Of a stretch of DNA of 64,000 nucleotides, positions 27,252 through 42,521 are shown piece after piece. The position numbers were made by a program, and so were the translations under genes. The notes under the pieces are model-generated. The model was given only the letters and a program-made list of their open reading frames with translations, did not search any database and had not been told where the DNA came from. Position 1 is the stretch's first letter. Each line of letters starts with the position of its first letter. The DNA comes from Eledone cirrhosa (Eukaryota). The DNA lies in NCBI GenBank assembly GCA_964016885.1, contig OZ024740.1, positions 324,880,001 to 324,944,000 of the forward strand, in the 5' to 3' direction.

Positions 27252-27310
<59 letters not shown>

Positions 27311-27435
27311 ATATATATATACATACCATACATATACTGTATACACATATATATATATATACACATACCATACATATACTGTATACACACATATATATAT
27401 ATATACACACACACACATATATATATAAGTGAGTG

Positions 27436-27495
<60 letters not shown>

Positions 27496-27911
27496 CATAT
27501 ATATATACATATATATATACACTCATATACACTCACACATCCACGCCTACACACACACACATATATATATAATATACGTATGAGGGTGTGATTGTTGGTG
27601 CATGTGTGTCTGTATATGTACGGAGTCTCATTCTTATATTAGCCAGACGAAAACATGTCCTCACTTTGTTTATTAAAGATGTCATCTAGTTTTCTTCTAG
27701 ATTCTTTGCTCTTCTATCGGCCATGCCTGTTGCCTCTGCTGTAGGCAAAATAGACTAGGTAGCTTTATTATGGCACCTACATAACTCTTTCTGTGTGGGT
27801 GTATATATGTCTGTGTGAGTGTGTATATATAATATATACATAAATATATATAAATATATAAAATAAAATAAAATAAATAAGTCAAATATTTAAAATTTGT
27901 CTTCGTTTATC

Positions 27912-27966
27912 ACTGTTATATATATTTCGGTGACAGCCATCTTTGGCTGTGACCTCTTCAGGCAGT
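27912..27966 (-). ncRNA. Hammerhead ribozyme, same family as the 43.3-43.9 kb element
   Basis: Reads actgc-CTGAAGA-ggtcacagccaaagatggctgtcacc-GAAA-tatata-TA-acagt, with one stem I mismatch. It sits in a single-arm copy at 27860-28080. Confidence 0.8.
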
Positions 27967-28076
27967 CTTAATTGGTGTGGTAGAGACGGGTCTACATGTT
28001 GTTGAGGTGTTTAACCTCGTCAATACTCCGATAAGCCCAGTTCCTGGTTGGGTTGTTATTTCTCTGAGGAACTGAA

Positions 28077-28193
<117 letters not shown>

Positions 28194-28322
28194 TCGGAAA
28201 AGATTGTTTTGGTAATAGCAGTAGTAAGCAGGAGAAAGCTGTCAACAATCGTTGTTTTAGTTACGATGGAAAATTTTATAAAAATAATAAAATAAGATGC
28301 TGAGGTTACATATATCGTTTAA

Positions 28323-28410
28323 TCATAATAATTATTTCTACGGTTCTCCATGTAATCGATATGTCCGTCATGCATTTGCTTTTGATTATGAGAACGGAAT
28401 CCTCAGATGA
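28323..28410 (-). ncRNA. Type-I hammerhead motif in repeat 28190-28475
   Basis: Reads tcat-CTGAGGA-ttccgttctc...gagaaccgta-GAAA-taatta-TT-atga, with palindromic stem III ataattat. Confidence 0.7.
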
Positions 28411-28491
28411 AAATCGATATGTTTGATATGTCGCTGGCAGGAAAACATACATCCTAATGCCTGTGCGCCCAGCATACATATATATATATAT

Positions 28492-28678
28492 AATTGTTTC
28501 TACTTTTGGCACAAGGCCTGCAATTAACCAGTGTATTACTGGTATTTTATTTTATCGCCCCCGTAAGGATGAAAGGCAAAGTTAACCTCGGCGGGATTTG
28601 AACTCAGAATGGCAAGGGTCGTAACTCTATGTGTCAAAGCATGGCGTCCGACCCTCTATCGATACTGCTAATCCACCG
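28492..28678 (-). mobile_element. S1 SINE
   Basis: Full-length match to the S1 copies. Confidence 0.88.
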
Positions 28679-29211
28679 CAATATGTGTGTGTGTGTATGT
28701 GTGTGTATATATCTCTGTATGTGTGTGTGTACGTGTGTATGTGTCTGTCTGTGTATGTGTGTGTGTGTATGCCTGTGATTGTGTCTGTGTCTGCGGGTGT
28801 TTGTGTCTGTGGGTATCTACGTATGTGTGTATATGTGTGAGCGTATGTCTGTGTCTGTGTGTATACGTGTGAGTGTGTGTCTATGGTTGTTTATGTGTAA
28901 ATCTGTCTTTGGATGTGTGTATGCATGTACCCGTGTTTGTGCGTTAATGATGCATGTTTGTGTCTGTGACTATATATGTTTATGTGTGGTGTGTCCATGT
29001 CTAGGGGGATTTTTGTCTCTGGTTGTATGTGTGTGTGTGTGTCTGCGGCTGTGTATGAGTTAATCTGTTCTGGGATCCGTATACGTCTGCGTGTGTTTAC
29101 GACTGCGTTTGTATAACGAGGCAATTAGATTGTTTTAGCTTCAGGTGAATTGTGTTAAAATGGCAGACAAAAAAATATAACTGCGCCCGAACACTCGCAC
29201 ACAGATTTCAC

Positions 29212-29276
<65 letters not shown>

Positions 29277-29289
29277 ATATATATATATG

Positions 29290-29605
<316 letters not shown>

Positions 29606-30083
29606 AATATAAGCACCTGAAGGGTGGTTTTTCTGCTAGCATGTGTGGTGTGCATATTGATATTATACGCAAGTATATATGCATGTAGATATGATACATA
29701 AAATAAAACCGTAATTGACAATATCCACAGAAATTGAACGAAGACTGTGTTACATTATCTTATGTAATCAGTAACGTAATCAGTGATACATTAAAGTAAG
29801 ACGATATTATATATAAACTGCATTAGGAGAAAATCAGCGACGGAAATATATGAATGTTTATTTAAGCGATCGATAACCGGAAGTGTTAACATTTGACAAT
29901 TTTAAAGAAGTGAATCTTTAAATAAGCAATAAAATATATTTAATCAAGAGCTACTAAATTTAGTAGATAAATTATGTAATATTCAGTCATTATTTATTCA
30001 AAGTAATCCAAGTTATTTTACAAACGGGATAAAAAAATATATTCTGGTTGCAGTCCCGCACTCCTTTCTTTATTATAGTTAAG

Positions 30084-30123
<40 letters not shown>

Positions 30124-30293
30124 ACATATACAGAGAGAGAGAGAGACATATATAGATGTAGAAAGAGAGTAAAGAGGGGGGGGGAATTAGACTGACTAAG
30201 ACAGACAGATAGATAGATACTTAGATGCATATTTGGATTGCTCGTGAGCTCCTTCTTTCCACATCTGCTTCTAGGGCAATTTAACCGATTTTT

Positions 30294-30406
<113 letters not shown>

Positions 30407-30599
30407 TAATGTGATTTGGTAGAGAATATTCCAAGTTGGGAGTTGGGAGAGCATTCAATTGTATACAAATATTTATTACACTAACTATGTTGTCATTTAG
30501 GTACAACTGTTTTGTCAATCGCTTCTTAAACCTGATGATAACATTCAGATATCCGGTAAAACTAAACTTGCAAGCTATGATTAAACACTTAAAGACAGT

Positions 30600-30800
30600 G
30601 ACATTAATTTCTCAATTCTTCTTATCGAGTCGCTACACCTCACCCATCCAGTATTGCGCACTAAAACTTTCCTGGGGTGTTAAGGTTTCAAGGTCGTTAA
30701 GTGTGCATGAATCTTCAAAATTAGGGCAAACTGGAAGGTGCTCCATGGTTTGTAATTGTCGATTTTCTTTGCATGTGATGATCTGCTCCACATTGGTGAG
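30600..30800 (-). mobile_element. Possible LINE C-terminal zinc-knuckle remnant
   Basis: CKENRQLQTMEHLPVCP...CTLNDL resembles the C..QTxxHL..CP motif of non-LTR ORF ends. Confidence 0.45.
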
Positions 30801-30829
30801 GCATATTCTGCTGTTGAGTAGCATCACAA

Positions 30830-31950
30830 AATTGTGAGAGTATCACAATAGGTATATGCTCGTTTCCGCGGCCTCGAAAAGAATATAATCACGTTCCATG
30901 GGACATTCTCTGGAAGGTTCTGCAGGAGCATGGATCATGGATAGCTTTTTGTTGCATCGGAGTTCCTATACGAATACTCTAGTGTTTGTTTTCGGATAAA
31001 TGTTGCTAAATCGAAACTATTGAATGTGGGTCTCGGAAACCATCAAGGATGCGTACTGTCACCTCTCCAATTTGTAATCCTCATAAACCGGATCGACATA
31101 CACAGTCGGGTTTGGAAGTGATATCAGAACTGGTAGGTGTAGTATCAGTCGGCTGGAAATTGCAGACGCCTTGGTACTGCATAAGTCGTCGGAAGGGGAT
31201 CTCTGATATGCACTGGATAAGTTTGTTGTCGAGTTCTGCACGGCAGAAATGAAAATCAGTGCTGCGAAGACTGAGACACTCACCATCTCGAGGAAGTCTG
31301 CGCAGTGCGCTCTGGATATGTATAAAGTTCCATTGAAGCAGATGGAAAATTCCAAGTATCTCGGGGCCGTTGTTGAATTAAATGCTAGAATTGCAGAAGC
31401 TGGTGCAGTAATGCGTCAACTTTAGTGCCTGTTCATCAAAAGGAAGGTAGGTGTAAAAACCAAAGTCACTATATTCAATTCGGTGTTCGTACCAATAATT
31501 ACTTGTGGTCATGGATCTTGGGTAATGTTGAAAAGAATATGTTCGCGAATACCAGCATCCGAAATGGGGGTTCTTCCGAAGGGACTTTTAGAGTAACCTT
31601 ACTCTATCGGGTGGGGAGCTTGGAGGTCAGGGAGTCACTACTTCTCCGAATCGAGGGATCACAGCTTCTATATTACGGACATATGTTTCTAATGCCTAAA
31701 GAAAGAATCTCTTGATAGGTTTTACGGTCAAAGCCAATAGACAGGAGATCCAGATGCAGACAACGAGCAAGGTGTTTGTGTAACATATATGAGCTCGATT
31801 GGTCTCGTTTGAAGATACAGCCGAATCAAGTAGAGACACTTGCTTTTGATAGGACTCCCTGGAAGGCGTGTCTGAGGTCCCTGTCCTCCCGACACTTTCA
31901 GGAATAAATGGGCAAAGAAGAAGAAGAAGAAGAAGAAGAAGAAGAAGAAG
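30830..31950 (+). mobile_element. Decayed RTE-clade LINE (RT and 3' end)
   Basis: Fragments HQGCVLSPLQF, MKISAAKTETLTISR, KQMENSKYLG and QLLYYGHM, ending in an (AAG)n tail at 31915-31950. Confidence 0.85.
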
Positions 31951-32519
31951 GGATGGAGGAGGAGGAGGGTTTGACACACAGGTCACAGAATTAACCTGAA
32001 TCTATCATAAAAGTCAGTTGCCTAGTATGCCAGGCAGTTGGATCCAACCCAGGAGTTCAGTTCTATATACATAACAAGCACTTACACAGAAACTCCAATG
32101 GTTCGGGTGACTAATGTTCCAGTTGATGGATCAACTGAAGAGCCTATTCATTGAATCAGCAGACCCGTGTACGCTTAACTTAATTCTCAGGGAGATTCAG
32201 TGTGACTCAGTAAGTGACAAGAATGGCTCTTTAAATTAGAGGTACAGTTCATCCTACAGACTTCCAAACAATTTCAGTCTACCAAGTTTCCCTCACATAT
32301 CATAGGTCGAATCAAGTCTATCGTAAATGACACTTTCCCAAAATGTCCCGCCTTTGAATCGAAGCCAGTAGTTAATGATTGCGAAACGAACCTCTTAACC
32401 ATGTTGCATTCAGAGTTGGACAATTATGTATGCATTATAACGCACAGATTCAAACACACAGACTCCCGTACATATATAAAGATGTTGTAGAGTCATATTT
32501 CTAGCTATCTTCTACATAA

Positions 32520-32888
32520 GTAAGGTCGGCTGTAAAGTTCATAGGCTGACCAAGATACTCTAATGTAATGACCGAATGAGGTTTATTTTTCAACGTAGTC
32601 ACTAGAAAGAAACAATGTTGTTGTGGATTGGCAGTATGGGTAGAGGTTTTGACGCCATGCTTTCAGCATAGAGTTACGTCCCTTTGTTCTCATCCTGCCG
32701 AGGTTCACTTTGCCTGTCATCCTTACGGGGTCGATAAAATAAAGTACCAGTAATGTACTGAGATAATTGCTGGCCTTGTGCCAAAAGTAGAAACAGTTAT
32801 TAATAAGAAGAGTTGAAATTAATGCATGCAAGATTTTACAACGCCAGCATCACTCCTTCATTTTCAGCCTATGAACTTATCACTCGTA
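32520..32888. mobile_element. Tc1/mariner-type MITE interrupted by an S1 SINE (about 32622-32797)
   Basis: Terminal inverted repeats aagttcataggctga / tcagcctatgaactt...cgta. The flanks match the uninterrupted copy at 51360-51561 in reverse orientation. Confidence 0.75.
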
Positions 32889-33799
32889 TCTGCAATGTAT
32901 TGCAAGAAAGTGCAGCTAAAGTGACTCTTTTTTCTCCTTTCCTTTTAAATTACTGATAAATATAATCTCCACATTCACTTCACTGCAATCCCCAAACTAT
33001 AAAACACCTGACAATAACCAATTATTCTACTCTAACAATCACACGGATTCAGGTTCAACTCCTGACCTCGCTCATCTATTTTCACTCTACAAACGAAGAT
33101 TTTGACATTATTAAGAATTAAACTTTGGTTCGACTCATTCTAAATCGTTTTGCTGTCTTCACCAAGATAAATTGCATTCTGTTAAAAGGCAGCTGTAATG
33201 TTGAGTTCACCAGTGCACCAAAGTCAGTGCAAGTGGAAAACCAAAGAGTATATGCTTTATTCAATAATTCTTAAGTACACATTTGGTTCATAGATGGTTG
33301 TATGGATTAAATTGATACTAAGGTTTTGCGATGTCTATAAACACAGTTCCTTTTGAAAAGGCAGCTTTGCTAGAGATAATAAAAATATATAACAATGATA
33401 GGATATTTTATTTGCTATTTCCAATAGGAATTTAAGTAAAAGTAGAGATCGATGGCAAAGAATTATCAATAAATATATTCTTGTCTTTGTGATATCGACA
33501 TTAAAATTTTAAAAGTGTGAATTCTCCAATTACAAGTGGAAAAGGTTGGAAATTGAGGTAATAAAAGATTAAAGGTTTGGTCTATCTGGTTAGTGGCATA
33601 ATAAAATTCTAGGTTCACCATTCCATAAAGGCCTTTATTTATTCGCTCGACTTCCTAGAAATAGCAATATTATCTCACTCTAGTTCCACCCTAGCACCTT
33701 TAAAATCTCAAGACATGTATAATGTAATTATTGATCAGTATGTGACATCCCAAATCAACATGAACGGTATATGACGTATATGATATAGGTATATTTCAT

Positions 33800-34675
33800 G
33801 ATATTGGTTTCGAATATAGGCACAAGACCAACAATTTGATGAGGAGAGAGGAAAGTCGATAATATAATAAGAACCTCAGTATTGAACAGGTAGTACTTGA
33901 TTTTATCGATCCCCGAAAGGATGAAAAGCAAAGTTGACCTCGGCGGGATTTAAACCCATAACCTAAAGAGCCGTAACTTAATACCGCAAAATATTTTGTC
34001 CGGCAAACTAACGATTCTGCCAATCCATCACCCTTAATGATTTCTAATATAGGCACAAGGCCAGTAATTTGTGGTCAGGAGGAAGTTGATTATAACAACC
34101 CCAGTACACGCTTGGTACTTTATTTTATCTACCCCAGATGAATGAAAGGCTAAGTTGATTTTGGCGAGATTTGAACCTAGAAATTAGAATATAAAAAGCT
34201 GTAAATAAATACTAGCTTAGTATTTTGCTCGACGCCCGAAATATTCTACCATTCCCCTACTCTTATGTTTAGTAAGACCAGCAATTCGGGGGGATGGGGA
34301 AGTCGATTATATCCACCTCCGTACTTGACTAGCAATATCAGTGGATTGGCAGTATCTGTAGAGTGTCGGACAACATCCTTTATGGCATAGAGTTACGCCG
34401 CTTTACAAACTGTGTTCAAATCCTGCCGAGATTAGTTTTGTCTTTCATACTTACGTGGTCGATAAAATAAAGTACCAGTAATGCACTGATATCGATTTAA
34501 CGGATTTCTCCTCCCCAAAAATTGTTGGCCTTGTGCCTAAATCAGAAACCAATATATTTCATCGACCTCGGAAAATGAGAGGTAAAGTTGACCTCGGCGG
34601 GATTTGAACTCAAATCATAAAGCGCCGTAAATAAATACCGCAAAAATTTTGTTTGCAGTTTTAACGATTCTGCCT
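33800..34675. mobile_element. Cluster of four S1-related SINEs in -, -, +, - orientation
   Basis: Core and B-box motifs at about 33900-34030 (-), 34110-34260 (-), 34342-34552 (+) and 34555-34675 (-). Confidence 0.8.
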
Positions 34676-37254
34676 AATATATCATAGAATTTAACATCTT
34701 ATTTTTAAGAATAAATAATCTGTACTGGATGACTGGGGAGGGGTTTCAAGTCTACTAAGTACTACCAAGTAATTTCCAGTATATATTCGTTTGTTGCCCT
34801 TTAGCTCTGGGGCCAGGGATGACGAATATGAAGAAATCCCACATAGTTATACCTTCCTTTGCCTGCCATCCAGTGTAGTAACAGCCAGCCAGGAATGTGT
34901 TGACTCATAACAAACTAAAAACAACGAATGTTTTACCCTATAATGAAGGCTGTTTCTATTACAACATTAATAATATTTATACCAGAATAAGCTTCTGTAA
35001 TTAATATGTATTGAAAGAATCCTCGCCGCAACAGCGCAATAAGCAATTGCTATAAAAACATATTTAATGCTATTTTTTATAGCAACAGATATATTTGCTT
35101 GTAAAATGATATTACATAACTTACTTTGTCAGTGTAATTACAGGCATTATAATGTGGTAAGTGGGATCTGGTATGTATTATACACCTTTCTTTTATTTAA
35201 CTGCTTTCTTTATAATGCCATTTCTCTCTGTGTGCGGTTCACAAGACAAGACACCAGAACACTTTTTCTGAAAGTGTGTTTTCTAAAAATTCTAGATTTA
35301 CAAAAAACAATTTTAGGTTTCCACAAGATAAGGAGTCTTTTGATAAAATTTAATACATATTTATTATACGTTTCTTTCATATATATATATATATACATTC
35401 TCTCCCTGTAACTTTTGTGTTATTCAAAATTAGTGTTGGGGTTTGTCTGTAAAATATAGTTACGGGTTCCATGTATAATTATCTTTGTAAAATAATTTTT
35501 GTTTCCTTTCATATCTCATTAAAATTCTGATGATAGTAATTGTCCACAAAATATTGGTTTTTAAAATATAGGCACGGTTTTTTGAAGATCCTATAAGTAT
35601 TCTGTGAACAACGTCTGTGATTAGGTGAGATAAGATGTCTTTTGATAATATTCAATATAAATATGTTTTTGTGAATAGATTATCTCGTAACGATTTATGT
35701 TTTATCTAATCTCATGAAAGTAATTATCGTGAAGACTGTCCGTAAGATATAAATATGGATTGCGCGATTTTAGAAAATCCTACTATAAGGGCTGTGAGAT
35801 ACCGTGAGAAAATTCTTGGATTCGGCGAGGAGGTGTCTTCTGATAAAATTTGATACAAATTTATTACATTATTTTATATAAATAAATTATCTCTAACAAT
35901 TTTTGTATCATTAAATTTCTTGTTGGAGATAAAATGTTATTGCTAATAAAATCTAGGTATGGATTCCCTGATATATGTGAATTAGTTCTCTCGCTAAAAC
36001 AAATTCCGTTCAATTACCGTATCTTAAAAAAAATATGATTGGTGAGGATTGTCCATAAAATATTGGCAGAGGTCCCCCAGCTTTTGAAAAATCGTATAAT
36101 TGTTGTGCGACAAAATAATTTTCGGAACCACTACATTGAAGTAGTTAATCAGGTGAATACAATAAGACGCTCGTGTATGTGCCAAGCTTGTTGGAGAAAA
36201 ATAGTTGAGGTAATGAATCAACAACCGGTATCAGGAAATACTTTATTACATGGAATTCTTCTGTTTTTCTTTTGGAAATCCATTGAGATATCTTAAAGAA
36301 TAATTTCTTAATTAATTGCGAGAGGTTGTGAGAGAAGTAGAATTAAGTGTCTTGCCCTACAGACACCACTCAACACGTTTACAGCAACATAAGAAAAGAT
36401 ATCACAAATCATGAATTAATTCAGCAGAAATAGTTCTGAAATAAATTCAATAAATAGTATAAATCGGCCGAAGGGGTTTCGTATTCACATTGCTGGCTGC
36501 TTGTGATTTAATTAAACGGTGGAAATAATTATACGAAACATCAATACATATTCCCTGAGACTCCCAGGTATATTTAACCTTTGGTGACTTTTCAATACTT
36601 CTGTGTTTACTAATCAGAATTTCTGGAGAGTTATCTTAACTTAAAATCAGTCACATTTTTCGATGCTACAATAAGTTGCTTATTCCAGTATTATGTATTT
36701 TTGCAGTGGTCACAGACATGCCTGGGTGATTAAAAGGTTCGTTTCGCAAATTTGAAGAACAGGGTTCGTTACCGTTCCCATGTTTCTTAAGAGACTGACG
36801 TCGATCCAAAACTTGTTAACGAAACCGAAATGACGAAAATTCTTACCAAAGAAGTTTCTGTTCACAAACTCTTATATGAAATAAATAAATCAGTAATTTT
36901 ACAGTAACGTAGCAAATTACCAGAGTCGAAAGAAAGTCATATAGAATATTATGCGATATTTGTTCAAATATCGAGGAGCCAGCTTTGCTATCTTCCAATT
37001 GAGGTCGATAGATAAACTACCAAAGTAGTAGTTATGTCTATTCTTTCTATATATTTCTTTCTCCCCACCTCTCTCTGGAATAAATCAGCTGTGTTTAGAC
37101 CTAGAGAGTTATGAGCTCCGCCGAGTTTAAAATATGCCCAAAAGTCACTGATTCCCCTTCGATTCCAGCAGAAATTAAGAAGTAGTATCATGCAATATAT
37201 GGACAATGAATTATATGTGTTATATTCTTGGCATTTATTGTATAAGAGTATGAG

Positions 37255-37410
37255 ATATGCAACCGAATGGTTATGAATTTCGCTTCACAATCATAGAGTC
37301 TCGATAGTCGATCCTACGGCTCGGTATCTTGGGAAAGTATCTTTCACAATAGCTTCGGGTTGATCCAAGCCTTGGCAGTGAAAGTGGGTAGGTGACTTCT
37401 GTGTGAATAC
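37255..37410 (+). mobile_element. Old tRNA-derived SINE (related remnants at about 32060-32410, 36710-36850 and 58630-58750)
   Basis: Degenerate tRNA head followed by cttgggaaagtatcttt..aatagcttcgggttgatccaagccttg. Confidence 0.5.
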
Positions 37411-38054
37411 CAACCAGATGGATTGTATGAATCTATTGAGCTTGGATTCTTTCTAAGGCAATGTTATTCAACATTGGTTTGAAAAAGAAAAGGACCACAT
37501 AATAATTTAGAAATGATGTAATAGAAAAAAGCCCCCACATGTGTACATATCTGTATACACTGTTTTATATATAGCCACAAGTATACATATTCATATATGT
37601 ATGCATGTGTATATATGCATATATATATATATGCATGTGTGTGTATATGTGTGTGTATGTCTGCGTATGTATGTGTGTGCGTGTGTGCCTGCTTATGTCT
37701 GCGTGAGCGTGTATGCATAAACCCAGGTATTTCCTTTTTTCCCCTATTTTACAGTAAATAACATAAATCTTGTGGAATGCTGCAACGCAACATTTTTTTA
37801 AAAGAAAAAAATTCCTTACATTTTATTAACTCCTAAATAGGTTAAATAATTCATTTCAGAATTAGGTTCTCAGTTCATAGGGAGTTGTAAGATCTCTGAA
37901 GATATAGAGGGAAGCTCGATCTCATAACATCTACAGTAACAATAACAAAAACAGCAGAAGCAAATTTTTTTGAAGGTACCGTATCACGTTGATCTTCTGA
38001 TTGTTTCGGTCTGGTCTGCATAGTTGTGTACACACACACACACGCACACGCACA

Positions 38055-38086
<32 letters not shown>

Positions 38087-38362
38087 TATGTATGCACACA
38101 CGCATGAACGCATGCGCACACATATATATCACACATATAGAGGATGTATACTGTTGTGAACATAGAACGCTCAAACACTAACAAAATACATATGAGCAGA
38201 ATATACAGTTATATTTTCTGAAGAAAATGTAGTAGTGACTTCGAATTTTCTGTGAGAGCGACTCTTCACGCCCCCCACTCACACATATACGTACACATAA
38301 TATATGTGTGTGTGTGCGTCTCCCTCTCTCTCTCTCTCTCTAATATATATATATTATATATA

Positions 38363-38488
38363 TAATTGTTTCTACAAGGCCAGCAATTATAGCAGTGTAT
38401 TACTGGTACTTTATTTCATCGACCCCGTAAGGATGAAAGGCAAAGTTAACCTCGGCGGGATTTGAACTCAGACCATAAAGGACCGTAA
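38363..38488 (-). mobile_element. 5'-truncated S1 SINE
   Basis: S1 core and 3' end. Confidence 0.85.
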
Positions 38489-38529
38489 TATATATTATAT
38501 ATATAATATTATATATATATATATATATA

Positions 38530-38717
38530 ACGAAGGAAATGTGGTAAGGAACCAGGTGGACCAAAACGCACCAAAGTACTCAATACTTAGGGTAGTAGAG
38601 TGGATCATAGGAACGAGTAGGACACCGACGGCTGAGCTCAAGCCGTTTCTGGACTGATTTTAGTCCAGAATTAGCCGTCGAAACGGCTTGAGCTCAGCCG
38701 TCGGGGTCCTACTCGTT

Positions 38718-38720
<3 letters not shown>
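38530..38720 (-). mobile_element. Fold-back mini-element, family A
   Basis: aggaacgagtaggacaccgacggctgagctcaagccgtttc pairs with gaaacggcttgagctcagccgtcggggtcctactcgttcct. The unique tail is on the left, with (TA)n flanks. Confidence 0.88.
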
Positions 38721-38781
<61 letters not shown>

Positions 38782-39053
38782 TACATATAAAGGTATTCAC
38801 ATATATATGTATATACACAATGCCGTGCTGGAAATAGCTTCCATATGGATGGCGAATGTGTTAAGGAGAGTGTAATATGTGCAAGTAGAGAGAAAGACTA
38901 ACATTTGTTTCCAATTGGGTGGGTGAAACATCACAGAGGAAACCCTTCTAGCTACTCATTGTGTGTGACCAATGGATTGCATATATACATTATACACATA
39001 TACAGTCATACATACATACATCTATCCATTCATATAAACATACATAGATACAT

Positions 39054-39113
<60 letters not shown>

Positions 39114-39120
39114 GTATATA

Positions 39121-39159
<39 letters not shown>

Positions 39160-39394
39160 CTATATATGTATATGTATATATATATGTATATGTATACATA
39201 TATGTGTATATATATGTATATATATGTATATATATATATATACATATATATTTTTATATCTCTATATATATATGTATATGTATGCATATATGTATATATA
39301 TATGTATATATATATATATATATTCATATATATATATATATATATACACGTGTATCTGTAGATACATATACACATGTAATATGTGTTTCTATAT

Positions 39395-39800
39395 AAGGAG
39401 ATATTCAGAGTAGGAAGTAGGCCATTCTAGACTCCACATCTGTAGATCGTCTTTTCCTGGAAAACCGCCGACGGTGGGTATCAGAACGTAGCAAACGTTG
39501 GAAGAAAAGACTGGGGGAAAGTATTTGGCGCAAGTTCTTGAAAATGAAAAACAGTAGTGATGGAGTGAGAGAGAGAGAGAGAGCGGGACATATATTGAGA
39601 GACCGAGTGGGTTATCGGAAGGGTTTAGTTGGAGAGGGTCGGGCAATTTTGTATTAATTATCGATTGTATCTTCGATTTGTTTTTAGCCATAGTTGCTTC
39701 AAGGTGATTGGAATTGTTCTAGTTCTCTTATGGCTATATTGAGCTGTGCTACGTGGACTAGGGCTACATAGAACAGGGCTATTTGGGTTTAAGGATACCT
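39395..39800 (-). pseudogene. Possible decayed PLE thumb/linker remnant
   Basis: The ORF 39389-39691 pattern (IYVPL...KYFPPV...GKDDL) loosely resembles the PLE region before GIY-YIG. No catalytic motif is visible. Confidence 0.25.
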
Positions 39801-42379
39801 GTTTCTAACTCGGACCTTGTTCAATCTCGGCTGTGTTACCTGAGTGTGTGTGTTTGGTGTTGAAATACCCATAAACCCCGATGGTCCAAAATAGAATAAC
39901 TGAAGATGTACCCAGTTGGATCACACGATGGTGTGTGAAAAAGAAAAATGTCCTGTTTTCGATAATCTATCAGTCAATCGTTTGGCTCTTAATATAAAAT
40001 ATATAATTGTGTTTTTAATATATCATGTTTCCAATTTCGTCCCATAGTTTCTCAGTCAATTATCCCATGAACAATATAAATATGTGATTGGCTCCAATTT
40101 CGTTCCATACTTTCTCAAACTATAATCGTGTGAATACTATAAATTGTTATATTTAGATATGTTCATGTTGCCAGTATTACTAATAAAAAGACACACGCAC
40201 CATATGATTTTTACTTTATCGTTATTACTTGTTATTCGTTAGTTCGTAAAACATCTTTCGTCACTCATTATGTGACATCCTCAATGAATATCTCTTCTCT
40301 TTTGTGCTTCCTCTTCTCTCTGGTCTTAATCTGCTACTCCATTAGTAATCATGATAAAGTGTTTCTTTTTATTGGCAATATTACCAACATGATCATCCCC
40401 AAACATAACGATACCGGTTTCAACACAGGATTTCACATCAAGAATCTTGCAAAACTAATACATGAACGGAATATTAAATATGTTGTATTTATAAGAGCTT
40501 CTGCCTTCAATTTTGTTTCATAGTTAACATAGCGTTAATTTTATCATTTTGGTACGAAATCACCCAAACCCTCGTCTGGGTTCTATTTGAAATTAAACTC
40601 TGTTATGTTACAGATAGATTCTTAATAATTATATAATTAATAACTTTAGTAAATCCCTCCAAATTGTCCATTAATAAATTCAAATATAGTGTATCTCATT
40701 AAGAATACGGTCACAATTGGTAGAAATTAAACTCTTCCAATGTAATTTGATGTGAGAACCTTTTGTTAAGTTATGTTACAAATACATATTCAATAATCAT
40801 ATAATTGATAAATTTACTAATTTACTTAAATTTCTTAATTCAATGAAATTAGAAATACGGTCAAAATAAGTATTAAACTGTTACATATGTATAAACATTT
40901 TGAATCGAAGGCAGAGATGGAGCGCAAGTGTATTAGAATTTATAGAATAATGAGAAAAATTCAACACAAAATAGCTGTTAAAACAACTATTTTGTGTTGA
41001 GTTTTTCTCATTATTCTATGACATTGACAGCATTTTGCTGTTTTAACAGCTATTCTTGCGTTCAGTTTCTCTCGTTCTTTTTATGTAAGTTACATGTGTA
41101 GAGTGTTGGAGAATGAAATCATTGATATATCTGTAGAACGAAGAGTATTAGATGGAAGAAAAAATTAGGAGTTGAACAAGGTAAAAGAAAACTGAAAGAA
41201 CAGAAAACACGAGGTGGACAACATGTATTTACGTAAGACATAAATGTTAAAGTGAACATATACACCGAATGAAAAGAAAAATAAAGCAATCAACGTTTCG
41301 GGTGAAATCCTTTATTCAAGTAAGGTACAAGAAGAAAAGAAATTAGAATGAAATAAGAAAAGTAAGAATGGTACCCGTTACAAAACAAGCCAGTCTCCCA
41401 CGGTGACATCATGGGAATTAGATGAATGTATATCGGAACATTTCTTACGTAATTGTTCTTATACAACTATTCCCCAGTTTTCTTTATCGTATTGTGATTT
41501 TTTATAGATCGATTGATATAGAAATCGTCTAGCCAAAAGATGCGAGACAGCCACATGTCTAGATCACAATACATCAAGAATGGAACCCAACTGCTCTCTG
41601 TTATGGCTTCACTAGTAAAAGCATCATACAAATATACATTTTACTATATAAAATACGCAAATGCGTATAGACACACACACACGCACACACATATATATAT
41701 ATATGTTGTATGTGTGTGTGAGAGAGTGTGAGAGTGTGTGCGCGTGTGCATATGTGTCTATGTTTGTGTGGGTACTGTGTGAGAGTCATTAGCATATTAA
41801 TGAAAAAATATAAGAACACATTTACATACGTACATACATACTTACACACATATATACATATATACCCATACACTCATAAACACTCTCACAGAAGCACACA
41901 CACATGCATATACACAGAAAGAACTCACCAACCGTTTACATGTAGACGTAGATATAAATGCACTTATCAATTCCAATCATTGATCGGTTTCTATATCGAC
42001 CACTAAAACATGTCTGCCATGTACTTATATGTGACTGTAATCGAACGAGCGATGTCTACGTGTGTGTGTGAGTGTGTGAGTGTGTGTGTGTGTGCATGAT
42101 TGTTTGTGAGTATGTGTTTATATTTGTGCTTTTTTATGTGTATGTATCTATGTTCATGTGTATTTGTGTTTATGTGTTTGAAAGTGTGGGTATGTATTAA
42201 TGTTTGTGCATATGTGTGTGTATTTATACCTGTGTGTCTGTGTATGTGCGTATGTGTTAATATATGTGTGTGTGAGTGTATTGATAATTGTGTGTCTGTG
42301 TATGTGCGTGCCTTTATGTTTGCGTATGTATGATGACTGTGTGTGTTTGTGCATATGTGTATGTATTTATTTTCGTGTA

Positions 42380-42509
<130 letters not shown>

Positions 42510-42521
42510 TGTGTGCATGTA

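Noticed and set aside
35400-36320. AT-rich stretch possibly derived from a PLE ORF
   Set aside because: No diagnostic motif could be recovered by manual translation.
41288-41322. Remnant resembling the 50953 minimal hammerhead (minus strand)
   Set aside because: The CUGANGA core is destroyed.
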